Assembly: GCA_050084515.1 (NCBI GenBank)
Contig: CM114271.1
Span: 42,780,001-42,844,000 of the forward strand
Direction: 5' to 3'
Length of the DNA stretch: 64,000 nt
Origin: Blasia pusilla
Lineage: Eukaryota
The notes under the pieces were generated by a model, which was given only the letters and a program-made list of their open reading frames with translations, was not told where the DNA came from and did not search any database. The position numbers and the translations under genes were made by a program. Positions 24,601 to 38,229 of the stretch are shown here, one piece after another (positions within the stretch are counted from its first letter, which is position 1; every line of letters begins with the position of its first letter).

Positions 24601-27600
24601 AAGACCTAGCATACTAAATCACGGCCAAAAGCTTCAGATGAAGAAGAGTCTGCACTGTCAAATTCTGCATATAGCAAACACTCACTAATAAAGTGTTGAC
24701 CTATTTGTGATACCTTACCAGAATTAGGTCCACTTGCACCAGTCTGTGATTGCAATTTTTTGTTGACAGCCATCATAGAACCCACAAGTTTGTTAACGTC
24801 CACCACGAGCATATTTGGCTGCATAGTTTCAAGTTCTCAGTTCCAAAGTAGAAACCATTGTGAAACAACCTGTAGATGCTACTTGAATTTGAATTGATCA
24901 CTCTGGAACATGATAGATACTTGGTTGTTATCAAAGCTGACAAGAAATTGGTGCTAGGAAGATCACATCACTTCACCAAATCAGAACAGGATTCATGTAA
25001 GCAGAAAAGTTTGGTGGAGTTAGTCAACTCGCTAGATTCCCTTGTTAGACAGAAGTGAGGAGAAGCACAAAAATCCTAGCTACTCGGTACAAATAATGGG
25101 ACATCCAGACACAACTCTTTGTCTCTACTGTTTTACACTCCCAGAATTCTCGTGTTAGTTTGAGCAGCGATTGGCCCTTTTCCTTATAAGTCTTGTCCAA
25201 AAGAATTGAACGAGCAGTCTCAGCAGAATTGTTTGAGGTTGATTGCCATGTTGAAATTTGTTAATATCTAGTTTAGTCATGCCCTAAAAGTAGTTAGTCA
25301 AATACTAACTTAGTTGGATTTATTTAGTTAGCTAGAGATAACTTAGTGTTCCTCTATCTTTTTAGGGTAACCTTGAATTAGGGCAATTCTCGAGTTAGGG
25401 CTAGCCACCATCTGTTATTTAGGGTATGGATCTGTTCAAGAAGATCCAAGGGCCAGAAGTGCTCACCCTCATGTATATAATGTCTCTCTTTAGAGAGCAG
25501 AAGCCAATTCTACAGCATGCACAGTTTTGGTGAGGACTCCTCAGGCTCTTGGTCCTGCTGCAGAGTGATCAGAGAATAGGAAGAGGAGATTGAGACTAAT
25601 TGCTGTGCTTGCTAGAGCCTCACTGGAAGGCAGGTTGTTTTGTCTAGTATGCTGATGGAGATTGTTTGTGCTCAATGGTGAGCCATGTCTGATCTCTGAG
25701 CTGGTGACATGTGAGGACCTGTAGTGTGAGTGCAAGGTGTGGCTGAGTAGAATCCTTCTTAGTATCTCTTAGATAGTAAGAAGAGTCACATCATGGTAGG
25801 GCTCTGATTTGGCAATAGAGATAGGAACTGATTTGCTGATTGTGTACAAGCTGAAATCATGGATGGTCTAGCTGATGCTAGCTCTGACTTTGTACAAGGA
25901 GATACTTCTGCTGGTCAATCATTTTCTCAGGTTATGGGCCCACCCCAAACCTTTCTCCTTAGTGATTTCAGCAGTGTAGAGAAGTTAGATGGTGGGAACT
26001 ATAGAGAATGGTCCAGAACCATGATGAACATTCTAATGCTGAAAGGGTTGTGGGTGTATGTTGAGATGAAACCTCACAATCTAGAAGAGCTTGTGGTAAA
26101 CTTCGCTTGGAGACAGCAAAATCAGTTGGCAGCTATCTTACTCAAACAGACCCTGAACTCCTCTATGAGGGAGTTGGTGGATGGTATAAGCAATGCTTGG
26201 GAGATCTGGTCCAAGCTGAAGAGTTTGAACAAGGAGTCAGCTTTGACTCTAGCTATGCAAAGATGGAAGACATTGAGCTCGACAAGGATGGCTGACACAG
26301 ATAGAGTTGCAGCTCACATTGCCAAAATGGAGTCAACTTTTGCACAAGTGAAAGCAGTTGGACAGGAACTGATTCCTATATGGAAGGTAACCCTGTTGCT
26401 ATCCTCCTAACCTCCTCGATTTGATACAATGGTTACAATCTTTGAAACCTGGGAGGCAGATTTGCTTACATGGGAATCTCAGACCAACAAGCTCCTGAGA
26501 TATGATCAGAAGCGAGAGGTGATTGTGGAAGAAACAGTCATGCTCAACAGGGATAGGAAGTGGAAAGAGACCAGAACTTGTTACATTTGTGCAGAGAAGG
26601 GACATCTTGCTACTTAATTGTCCAAAGAAGTTGAAAAGGGGAGAGAAAGTTAAAAGGAGTGGATCTGCAGTCAAGAATCAAGAGAAGTTGATGGAGAAGC
26701 AAAGGACCTCCTACAGGGGAGAAGGATAAGGCAAAGGTTGCTGGAGTGATGACTACTGAATACACATCTGATGAAAGTTGTTGTTCTTTCATGATGGCCT
26801 CGTGTGAGAAAGATCTCAAGAGGAGCAGTGGATGGTGGGTGGACTCCGGTGCAACATCACATGTCTGTTATCAAGAGGAGTTGTTCTCAGACATAAAACC
26901 AGCAAGTAATCATCACGTGAGAAGTGCTTCTGGATTGTTAAGTCCTGTGGGAGGGGTTGGCTCAGTTTCTATTTTCTTCAGTGCTGATGAAAGCAAATTG
27001 ATGAAATGGCAGCTGCATGGAGTGTTATATGTTGCAGATTACATAAAAAATCTGTTGTCAGTTAAGAAATTATTGGAGGCAGGAATTGATGTGCACTTCT
27101 GGAACTCAAGACTTGCACACTTGAGAGAAACGGGAAAGTCTTGTGCCGAGGAGTGGTACAAGGAAATTTGTTCAAACTGCTGGAATGTGATCCAGAGGAG
27201 CAGGTAAATCTCACTGAGAATAGGAGCTTGCTGAATCTGTGGCATTGCAGATTGGGGCACCTATCGGAACACAGCATTCGAGCTCTGCAAGGAATGTCAT
27301 GTGCTGTGGAGATTGAGAAGTCACAGAAGCTTGAGTTCTGTGAGGCTTGTGTGCAAGGGAAAGCTCACAAGTCACCTGCTCCCAGAAGGTCACTTAACAG
27401 GTCTGAAAGATTATTGGACTTGATTCACTCTGATGTGTGTGGACCAATGCCTGTAAAGTCACTAGGAGGAGCACGCTATTTTGTGTCATTTGTGGACGAC
27501 AAGAGTAGAAAGAGCTTTGTGTACCTGATAAGCAGCAAGGCTCAAGTTCTAGAGAAATTTGTTATCTTTGTCAACATGACAGAGAGGCAAGTTGAACGAA

Positions 27601-30600
27601 GAGTGAAGAGACTTAGGTCTGATGGAGGAGGAGAATATGCAAGTAAAGACTTTCAAGCATATCTCTCAGCCAAGGGGATATTAAAAGATGTTACGGCACG
27701 TGACAGCCCCCACCAAAATGGAGTAGCTGAAAGGTTGAATAGAACCTTGCAAGAGAAAGCCTTGAGCATGTTGCAACATGCCAAGCTTGGTCAAGAATTC
27801 TGGGGAGCAGCTATCATGACAGCGAATTATCTGAGGAACATCAGTCCCACAGCGGCCTTGAAGAATGTAACTCCAGAAGAGTGCTGGTCTGGTAAGAAAC
27901 CTGACATTGCTAGATTGAAAGTGTTTGGTTGTGTTGGCTATGCCCTCACCCCTGATACACAAAGGAGGAAACTAGATGCAAAGGCTGACAAGTACATATT
28001 TGTTGGGTATGAAGAAGGGCTGAAAGGATACATGTTGTATAATCCTAGAACCTGCAAGGCAATTGAAGCAATGATGTGACTTTTGATGAGAAGAGTTTTT
28101 GGAAAGACTCTGAGCACAAAGAGTCAATGGTCACCAGAGTGATGCCAGTAATCACTTCTGTTGTCACTCCTGAAAACATCCCTGTAGTGTCGAACTCACA
28201 TCAAGATGCTGATAAGGAGGAAGTATCAAAGGATACACTTGCAGAATGTAGTGGAGGATTAGATACTTGCACCCAAGGTGTAAGAGAGGAAGATCATGTT
28301 GAAAATGATCAGCCTATGAAGGTGTACCAAAGGAGAAGTGCAGCCAAGCAAGTTCTAGAGGCACATGAGTCCACAGAGGGAGTGATCAAGGAGATCTCAG
28401 AGCAAAGGAGATCTGGAAGAATTTCCAAACCTGTAGAAAGGTTGGGGATAAACGAAGCTCATTCTATTGAAGAAGGAGTTGTAGAGCCCAACTCTTTGAG
28501 TGAGACTATGAGCAGGAATGATTCAAACAGTGGGAGCAGGCTGTGGCAGAAGAAAAGGTCTCATTAGAGAAAAATGAGACATGGGAGTTTGTAGATTTGC
28601 CACCTGGTAGAAAGACCATTGGTTGCAAATGGGTCTTCAGAATAAAAAGGGGACCAAAGAATGAGATCTTGAAGTACAAGGCACGTCTGGTTGCAAAAGG
28701 CTTCAATCAGGAGGCTGGTTTAGACTATCAGGAGACCTTTGCTCCTGTTGCAAGGTATGGATCCATTAGAGTTCTCTTGGCATTAGCAGCTCAACATAAT
28801 TGGGAGGTGGAACAGATGGATGTGAAGACTGCATTCTTAAATGGAGAACTGAAAGAGGAGATCTACATGGAGGTACCAGATGGTTATACTCATCCAGGCA
28901 AGGTGTGTCTCTTGAAGAAAACCCTTTATGGCCTAAAGCAAGCACCTAGATGCTGGTATGAGAAGATGGATGCTTACCTGATCAGGAAAGGATTCCAACG
29001 TAGCAATGCAGATCAAGGAGTGTACTCCTTAGACTCCACTATGTACATAGCATTGTATGTTGATGATCTTCTGATGCTAGGAGGGAGCTTAGACACTGTA
29101 AAGAGAGTGAAGAAAGACCTCTGTCGCAACTTTGAGATGGTTGATCTGGGTCCAGCAAAGTGGCTATTGGGGATTCAGATTGAGAGAAATCGGGAAGAGA
29201 GCTGGATACGATTGAGTCAAGAAAAGTATATAGAGAGTATCTTGATCAGGTACAACATGCAAGATTGTAAGCCTGTATCAACACCCCTAGATCCTGGCTG
29301 CAAACTCAGCAAAGATATGGGAATTTCAACTGAAAAGGTTGACAATTTGCAAGCACTATATCAAAGTGCTGTAGGGTCATTGATGTTTGCTATGGTCTGT
29401 ACCAGAGCAGACTTAGCATACCCAGTTGGTGTCTTAGCCAGGTACACCAGCAAACCTACAATAGAACATTGGAAATGTCTGAAGAGAGTACTCAGATATT
29501 TGCGTGGCACAACAAGAACATACTTGGAATACAGGCATCAAGAAAATGGACCAATCTTGGAAGGGTTTTCAGATGCAAGTTGGGGAGATGATACTGATGA
29601 AAGAAGATCAACAAGTGGATATGTCTTCTTGTTAAGTGGAGGGGTGATCAGCTGGTGCAGTAAGAAACAAAGAACTGTTGCACTCTCTACAACTGAGGCA
29701 GAGTACATGGCGCTTTCTCTTGCTGCTCAGGAGGTGATCTGGTTAAGGAGCTTATTGAATGATCTTGGATATGAACAGATGACTCCTACATCCCTACAGG
29801 TTGACAACAAAGGAAGTATTGCATTAAGCAAAAATCCTGTTCATCATCCTAGAACAAAACACATAGACATCAAACATCACTTTGTGAGAGAAATGATAGG
29901 AAGAGAAATCTCCTTGGTTTACTGTCCAACAGAGAATATGGCAGCTGATGTCCTGACCAAACCTCTGTCACAGGACAAACATAGAAAGTGTATATCTATG
30001 ATGGGCATTACTCTAAACTCTCATTAAGAGGGAGTGTTGAAATTTGTTAATATCTAGTTTAGTCATGCCCTAAAAGTAGTTAGTCAAATACTAACTTAGT
30101 TGGATTTATTTAGTTAGCTAGAGATAACTTAGTGTTCCTCTATCTTTTTAGGGTAACCTTGAATTAGGGCAATTCTCGAGTTAGGGCTAGCCACCATCTG
30201 TTATTTAGGGTATGGATCTGTTCAAGAAGATCCAAGGGCCAGAAGTGCTCACCCTCATGTATATAATGTCTCTCTTTAGAGAGCAGAAGCCAATTCTACA
30301 GCATGCACAGTTTTGGTGAGGACTCCTCAGGCTCTTGGTCCTGCTGCAGAGTGATCAGAGAATAGGAAGAGGAGATTGAGACTAATTGCTGTGCTTGCTA
30401 GAGCCTCACTGGAAGGCAGGTTGTTTTGTCTAGTATGCTGATGGAGATTGTTTGTGCTCAATGGTGAGCCATGTCTGATCTCTGAGCTGGTGACATGTGA
30501 GGACCTGTAGTGTGAGTGCAAGGTGTGGCTGAGTAGAATCCTTCTTAGTATCTCTTAGATAGTAAGAAGAGTCACATCATGGTAGGGCTCTGATTTGGCA

Positions 30601-33600
30601 ATAGAGATAGGAACTGATTTGCTGATTGTGTACAAGCTGAAATCATGGATGGTCTAGCTGATGCTAGCTCTGACTTTGTACAAGGAGATACTTCTGCTGG
30701 TCAATCATTTTCTCATGCCAGTGACTGAAATCTAGCAAAACTCTCACCAAGTCGGTAGGAGCGGGTCAGTTTTGGTAATCCTCTCACAAAAACTCATACG
30801 CAACAGATTGTGCACATAAATGACATGTCTTAACATTTTCCTATCAGAGTCAAATTGCTTACCGCTACAAGAGACTTCTCCAAAGCTTCTGTAACCATCC
30901 TATCCTGTCCAAGTTGACAAACAACTCCATATAAGTAACCTAAATTTAGAAAGTCCTAGCAGACGCATTTTGGGATGTAACACCAGAAATTGAAGCCACG
31001 TAAAGATAATATAGTAGATGCAGGAGATAATTCCTGGAGAAGGGAGGGAACCATGTATAGTATAAGTATCCACCAATTCACTTTAAATTTATATTAATGC
31101 GAAAAAATCAAGTAAATGTCAAAGACCCCCCGGGTAACAAGGCCATCCTTATTCAGGCACCAGACCCGATAAGTTTTGTGAGCCCAGCTTGCAAATCCCC
31201 GATGCTAACACAGGTAAAGGACTGAATGTAGTCTCCGACGTTGCAAATTTCAGCATCAGTCAGTAACATCTAACCCCCGTTCGACAAGAGGAATTTGAGG
31301 AGCTAACAACTAGAAAACATCCCCTACAGTCTCTCATGCTTACCACCCAGCTTGCAATTCCAGGTAAGTCAGTCACATCAACCCCATAGTTGAAAATAGG
31401 TTTTGCAACCATTCTCAAAATCGGGGCCTCTGAAAAGCATAATCGTAGTCGTTGTACCACAGGCCACCCACTGACAAACCTCACTCCCACTCGAAGCTGC
31501 CAATTGATACCAAAAGGAAAATGAGAAGAAATGACAAAACCATAGAGGCAGTGGATCAAATCTCGCAACTAAAGGAATAAACATAATCATGGGTAGGTAG
31601 TTTGGTGTCCATTTCCAAGCAAAGCACTGTTAATCCATGGCTACAGTCTTCAGCCCACCAAGCTGTCCATCATTACTTCACTAGTAATGAACCCCGACAG
31701 AGCAACTTTAACAGCTCAAAGATAAATCTTTGTTAACACTTTAATTTTACATTTTCTTGTGGAACAAAGACACCATACCTTGCCTTCAAATTGCATGTTG
31801 GAGATGTGAAGTTTAGTCCAAAGGCCAAGTCCAACGCGCCGTTTCATTTGGACTGCTATGACTGCAGACATATCTGTGGCAGCTACAAACTTCATTGCCA
31901 TCTCCAACACCTGCTCTCAGCAGGAGTCAAGACCATCAGGAATTACTCGGATGTATGCATATTTTCATTTTCTTGGAGCAACTTCACCTGACATTGCAAG
32001 CACTCACCAAGTGATCCCCATCTGTAGGGTGGCGCCCAGCACGAAACATTGAAAAAACCGGGGGAGTCCTCCCCAAATATGTTTCTTGTAAAATCACTTT
32101 TTTCTGAAATAGAACAAAGTTCAGGGCAGTCGTGAGACAAGTTGACCAAAAAATAGGCTAAAGCAAATACTAGAGTACATGGTGTGTAATCTTAAGACCT
32201 GACACATGAAATTTGTAAACGTGCCATGGCATGGCGATTCATAGAACGACATGTGCCTATCTGTTCATTAAATAATTCAGTATCATAATTTCATTGAGAG
32301 ATAGAGATAACATCACCGAAAAGTATACACGACTGCAATTAGTACCATGACATGGCTACCCACTATCAAGTAAGTTTTCCGCATCTGTCTAAAACTACCT
32401 GAACGAATGCCGCAGCATATGAAAATTTCACACCCTCTTGCCAGACGATTGAGGATGATTCTAGACAACCAGGCGAGTCCCACAATGAAATGTTGTACAC
32501 AACTAATAATCATTTAACATCTGGAAATACCACATGAGCAAAGTTAACGCACCGCTGTCCAGGGTTTGTACTTGTCCATGAACCAGGGAGCAAGAGCCAT
32601 GAGAACTTTCTGGGATACGAACTGTTCCAAAAAGACTGGCCAAATCGCCTCGATAGCAGCATTTAGCCACCGTCCGGTTTCCGTATCAGACACCAACTGC
32701 CAACACACTCATAATTAGAGTAGGAAGTAGTACATTTTGATGCTCTCTCACGAATCTATAGACAAGGCAACGCATATCATGGCAATGCGCAATGACGAAG
32801 GACGAGGACCTCAAGACAAGTACCCCCTTTCTGTCTTGCGTCTTTCTTTCTTCACTCCGAATCTTTCTCTCAATTTTTTGCCGCATGCTGCCTTCAATCT
32901 ACACCACAAATCACGCGAGAATGTTAAGCTCCATAGGAAACCTCGATCACTCATGGCTTCATTGTCGTGCCTCGACAGCTATACATGTCTGCGAATTGGC
33001 CGGAAAGGTTTTCATAACGAGATCGTATCCAATTGTCCATGAAGTATTACAGATGGGAAAATGGCGACCGGGGAAAGCTTGCGAGTCTCAAACTCTTGAA
33101 TTCGCCGAAACGTGGCGGAAAACCTCTTCCGCTAATTATTGATCGGCAAAACGTTCGTTGATTATTCTAGCTTTAATATAGAATCGACAAGAGCCTCTTC
33201 ATGCCTTTCCAATCCACACTGTATTGAGCTCCGAGATACCAACTCTGCTACATCCACGCCGACAGTGGATCCATCGTCGCGGAAAACTACACTGTTCGAA
33301 TTGTTCATCGTATGCAGGCGGTTGTTCTCAAAGAAGGGCATGATAAACAAATTCGCAGCCAACGTCCACGTTCCCCTACAACTGAAACTACTGAAGGCGG
33401 CCAATATTCCACACAATTCGGCAGCAATTGTTGATTCCACCGTACCACGAAACGAGGAATCTGCAAATGTAGAGCTGCTTATCAAGTGGGACACGTACGT
33501 GATAAAGATAAAGAAATCCCACTGTGAAGACGAAGAGTAAGTTCAACTCGTGACGAGCGGCGATCCATCCCACGACTAGCACGAGGGCAACGTGAAAGAG

Positions 33601-33669
33601 GAAAGGAGGAAAGTGCAGCACTCTATCCACAGCAGACGTTCCCTTCCCCTTTGTCTCTTCTTTAGCCAT
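21691..33669 (-). CDS. NTMC2T6: N-terminal TM, SMP and C2-domain lipid-transfer protein (At1g53590/NTMC2T6-like) with long disordered C-terminus
   Basis: Exons (minus): 33669-33499, 32898-32824, 32696-32553, 32103-32008, 31910-31779, 31496-31344, 30904-30863, 24818-24719, 24476-24384, 24217-24034, 23498-~23350, ~23097-21691 (last junction uncertain). SMP motifs ETGRWLNAAIEAIWP...WFMDKYKPWTA and YLGRTPP...GDHLVLEM...GVDVTDLPGIASW. C2 motifs LKPSDVNGKADPYVK...TLEPEWHEQF...VRDKDRFRDDDMG. Orthology is from motif recall only. Confidence 0.85.
25249..25929 (+). repeat. Copia 5' LTR (681 bp)
   Basis: TGTTGAAA...TTCTCA; no difference from 30035-30715 seen by eye. Confidence 0.97.
25930..25942 (+). 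promoter_or_regulatory. Copia primer-binding site, half-tRNAiMet type
   Basis: GGTTATGGGCCCA directly after the LTR. This is the copia/Ty5-type PBS complementary to the anticodon arm of initiator tRNA-Met, not the usual TGGTATCAGAGC. Confidence 0.8.
30035..30715 (+). repeat. Copia 3' LTR (681 bp)
   Basis: Follows the PPT, matches the 5' LTR and is followed by TSD TGCCA. Confidence 0.97.
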
Positions 33670-35171
33670 ATTTTACTAGCGAGAGCAGCAATCGTTGTCC
33701 GAATCAGTCCTTCGTCTCATCTCTTGTACACCCTTCGACCACAAATTCCTCACAAATCCACTCTGCTATGCTTGCACTTTACACTTCCTCCTCTCGATGA
33801 CCACTCTCTTTCGCTGAAACCTCAAAACTTGAATGATTTGGAGCCCATTTACACACATCATTCATCTCAATCAACGTCCCACTCTGCCTCCCACCCCTTC
33901 TTCGGCAACCATTCCTCAACACTCCTCCAGTATTTACAGGTCCTTACTATCGCCGGGGACCAAGCTCCACACGCAAACCAGGAAAATCACGAACAAAACA
34001 CAAATCCCAGTTACACCATAACTCGTCTCCTTGAAGTCTTTGACCACGGAGATTTGAGCTTCAGAAGTGCTGCTCATTACTCTCCCTCGGCATCGCACGA
34101 CAGCTTCCACATCCTTTACTTGGTCAACCATTTCTGTGAAAATCTGTGGACGCGCGGCACGCGCCGCAATCAAACGCGCAAACACTCCAAGACTCCTCCG
34201 AGACGGTCTTTGAGTGATCACCGATTCAAAAAAGGAAACTCACAAATCAACGCGAGATCTTCGACGATCGAAGATAAAAAGAATTAAAAAATCAGCGCAC
34301 GAGTACTGTCGACTCCCGCTGGAGTCGTTGAAGAGAGTATACATATTGACAGAGTCATACAGAAGAAACGCACACACAGACAGCCAGCCACACCGACCGA
34401 CCGTAAAAGTGCTCTCCGGAGTCCGGACAGGTACGCACTTGCGTTACGTGGTTAGGTTCTCGCGGTTGTCTTTGTTTCACGACCAGTTACCCAGTTTCCT
34501 GCGCGTGCGAGTTGACTAGGCTGCCGGATTTCCACTCAGATGTTTCCCTTCTACCTGACGAGATCGACGATTGCTGGTAAGACTTCTCGTCATTTTTATT
34601 ACTAAAAACACAATGAAACGAAAGGATAAATGGAATTTAATTTTCCCTTAATCATCTTTTGAAATACACTTGAAAATTTTATTGGCATAATACGATAAAA
34701 TAGTTACAATTTCCTTTTTAATTCACATTTGATATTTTAATAAATGAAAATAAATAGAAGAGGGAAATGAGTTCAATAATTGAAATTAATTAATGGCTTA
34801 CTCAATGTGTGTTATTTTGATGGGAAGAGCGGAGGGAAGAAAAATAAATACGGTTTAAATTTTTACGGAAATATGGAATTCTTTAAAAGAGTGGATTATT
34901 ATTTAAATTTTAATTAAAAATAATAATTTAGAAAAATGGAATTTTATAATTCTTTTATAATTTTAAAAAATAAAGATTCTTTTTAACTATTGAATTGAAA
35001 TTTTGAAATTATTTTTAAATTTTAATTTTCTTGTGCAAGCATAGGCATGCTAACTAGTATATCTAAGATGAGGCTCTTAGTATGCCACTTGTGAATTTGA
35101 TACTCCTCTACATTGAGCTAAGGAGAAATCGGGAAAAAAAGCCCATAGATTGCCCCCGATAGTATTTTATT

Positions 35172-35904
35172 TTATCAAAAATAAAATACTAATGATAAGA
35201 ATTCGAATACATGATTAATTTTGAATTTTGAAAGAAAAAGTAAAATTATGTTTGTAGATAACTTTACATCCTTGATCCCTAATCCAAATACTCGTTTGAT
35301 TCATTGGACTAGTTAGGACCATCATGGGACCGTGCGATGCACAATCCACTCCACGGTCCCTAAGCGCCCCGTTCCCGGTCCCTAACTTTGAATGTTACTA
35401 AAAGGAAGCCCATAGATTGCCCCGGTCTCGCATTTAATGCGAGATCCGGTACCTTCAGCAAGCAGGTAGTTAAAAAAGAATTTGGCAACTAAATAACAAA
35501 GCCCCCTCATACCATCGTGCAATGTTGGTAGGATAGCGGACATGGTCATGATGTACGGGTGCACAGACCTGGGTTCGAACCTAGAACTGCTCATCATTTT
35601 GGTACTCCCTCCTCACTTGTCTGCCCGCGTCCAAGCTGCCCGGTCTCGCATTAAATGCGAGACCGGGGCAATCTATGGGCTTCCTTCTAGTAACATTCAA
35701 AGTTAGGGACCAGGAACGGGGCGCTTAGGCACCGTGGAATGGATCGTGCATGCACCGTCCCATGAAGGTCCTAACTAGTCCAATGAATCGAACGAGTATT
35801 TGGATTAGGGATTAAGGATGTAAAGTTATCTACAAATATTATTTTACTTTTTCATTCAAAATTAATCACGTGAATTCTTATCATCAGTATTTTATTTTTG
35901 ATAA
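35172..35904. mobile_element. Foldback/MITE-like element with ~270-bp inverted arms
   Basis: 35172-~35449 is the imperfect reverse complement of ~35640-35904. Each arm ends internally in the hairpin CCGGTCTCGCATT-N-AATGCGAGA(T)CCGG. Spacer ~190 bp; no coding capacity; TSD not identified. Confidence 0.75.
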
Positions 35905-38229
35905 TTATTAGCATTACTTACACAAATATATGTCATTGCACGATATTGAACTAGTTCGTTGAAACGAAAAACCCACTTACCAGCCGCCAGAGAGCGCCCG
36001 GTCAGATCTGGCCAGCTGTAAATGTGCTTACCGAGAAAACTACTTTTGGAGAATCGCCTGAATGGAGAAGAATATGCCCCTTAGGATCCGCAGCCCCCCG
36101 GGGTTACGCAGCACTGACGTGGTTTCCCTCTTATTGCAGTGCAGAGGGCTCAAACTCCGTCCGGCGGACGCAGTTCGTCCGTGGGACCTCCAACCAGCCA
36201 CGGCAACGGACACGGCTTTGACTATAAAAAGGCGTGCGTTTAAACACCTGGAAGCTCACCCTACCCACCGAATATTTCAGCATCAGATCTGTTCCGGTAG
36301 AGTTGCTCTCGGATTATGCTGGAACCTACGGACGGACGGACGGACGAATTAATGCAGTCAAAGTCCGCTGTTTTGTATGGGAACGATATTATTCAAGAGG
36401 CTCTCGAAAGGTTGCACTATGGATATTGGATGTTGAGGATCAAGAACGCTGTTAAGACCACATGTTCCTGGAATGGTAAGCATTACTACCCCTAATGCGG
36501 CCAAACTTTCTAAAATGTAAAACGAAACTTCTGAATACTCACCATCCTTTCATGAGGTTTCTTTTTAATTTTTCCCCCTTTTTTTATGATAGTTCAGTAC
36601 ATACATGGATACTTTATCACTTCACCTTATTACTAATAAACGCATGTAAGGCTAGATAAGCACTTTTTAGTTCTAGCTCTCCAAAATCATAGTCCGACAT
36701 GAACACGGAATATATGTGGGGAGATTTTGTGGGGAAGCTAAGAAGAATTTTTCATCTATATTATTAAAAGAGGACGGGGTTTGGGAACCCCTCCTCCATG
36801 TGTTGACACGTAGGTAGGCTTTTTTTAAGCTTTCCCGTGTTGACACATATACAAAACTATTTAAACCAAAAGACTATTTAACCAAGTGCTAACAAGAGGA
36901 TTGTTAAAGGTACTTTTTTTCACTCACGCATCGCGCATTACATTAATTTTATTATATAACAAAACTCAAAAGAAGACCAAAGAAATAATGAAGCAACAAA
37001 TGAGAAATAGGAATAAACCAGAATTCCTATAAGAAAATAAATAAATTAAAACAAGACAAGAGTCAAGAACAAATCAATGAATTGTGTGATTAATCATTTG
37101 AAACAAGTTCAAGACAAAGACCAATGGTTTATCAAATGTGAATGGAAGACGAAATGAATGGCCCCTACCCACTTTGGCTTAGCGTATCAATGCCTATTCT
37201 TGTTCATGTTATGATGTTACAAATATACATCGGCAAATATAAATAGTAGAGAGAGTGAGTGAATGAGTGAGTTTTTTTTAGTCCACGAGAAGCCTAACTT
37301 GCCTAGGAGACCCCTTCCACATATATGACATTGACATCACATCCGACAGGCATCTTCATATCTATATTTCAAACCTATTTGTTTGGGTTTCGACGAAGGA
37401 GATTTGGTTTTTGAGTGAAGGCCTAGAACTTTTTTTATCCAAGTTCTTGACCCGAGAGCATACTCAAGACGCAAACACACGAAAGGCACATAAGGGGAGT
37501 GTTGAATCCGGGACCTCTTTGAGAGGACCTTATCTCAGTTTAGCTTATCTCTTGTTCATCTACCAAGAGAAAAAAAAAATAGCCTATCGGTTCATTAATG
37601 TGAATAATTTGGTCTTTGGCCCAACAGACTCTTTGTTTAAATCTGTTAACATCCTCTAGCTCCTTACCCTAGGTACCAAATATACTTCAAATTCTTTCCT
37701 CCAATTAACCTTATTATTTCTACCAAACTTATCATATTGAATCAATTTCCCATCTAACCACATGAGAGCCACTACTCTTGAGGAGTTATAATCTTAGGGG
37801 GGGAGGGGGCCACTAGCAAGTCTTTTCCCTTTTGTTGCTCCTTCTGTATCTATGACACATCCATTAGCTACTCTCATCATGCTTCTTTTGGAGGATATAA
37901 TATTCTCAAATCATCATTAATGATTGTATGGGTAGCCCAATTGTGCACTAAGTTTATTAGCTGGAGCATTTTCATCTCGTCTTTTCCCTCTTATTTTCGA
38001 TGATATCCACGTGATAAGTTCCTTTATCATTTGGTTGTTAAATAAATCGATTAACTTTGATTAGTCCAAAATTTGAATGGGGCCCCGATTTTTGAAAACT
38101 TGATTATAGGAGGGTTGCTTACTAGAAGCTTAAGTTGCTCAAACGCCTCCTGACACTCCTCGGACCTTTGGAACACCATTGCAAATCCAAATAACAAATC
38201 CAAAAAATGACCTTATCTCAATCAAATTC

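Larger units (their letters stand above)
25249..30715 (+). mobile_element. Full-length Ty1/Copia LTR retrotransposon in intron 7 of the C2 gene (antisense to host)
   Basis: TG...CA LTRs, 5-bp TSD TGCCA (25244-25248 and 30716-30720), PBS, PPT AAGAGGGAG (30026-30034). Domain order: gag (KLDGGNY, CYICAEKGH), protease (WWVDSGATSH), GAG-pre-integrase, integrase (IHSDVCGP, RSDGGGEY, QNGVAER), RT (QMDVKTAFLNG, LYVDDLL), RNase H (FSDASW). ORF broken by stops and frameshifts. Confidence 0.98.

Noticed and set aside
25541-25735. Duplicated 64-aa minus-strand ORF (also 30327-30521)
   Set aside because: It lies within the two identical LTRs; no evidence of coding function.
33592-34287. 231-aa plus-strand ORF antisense to the C2 gene start
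   Set aside because: Low-complexity His/Ser/Leu translation of the complement of a purine-rich 5' UTR; no domain.
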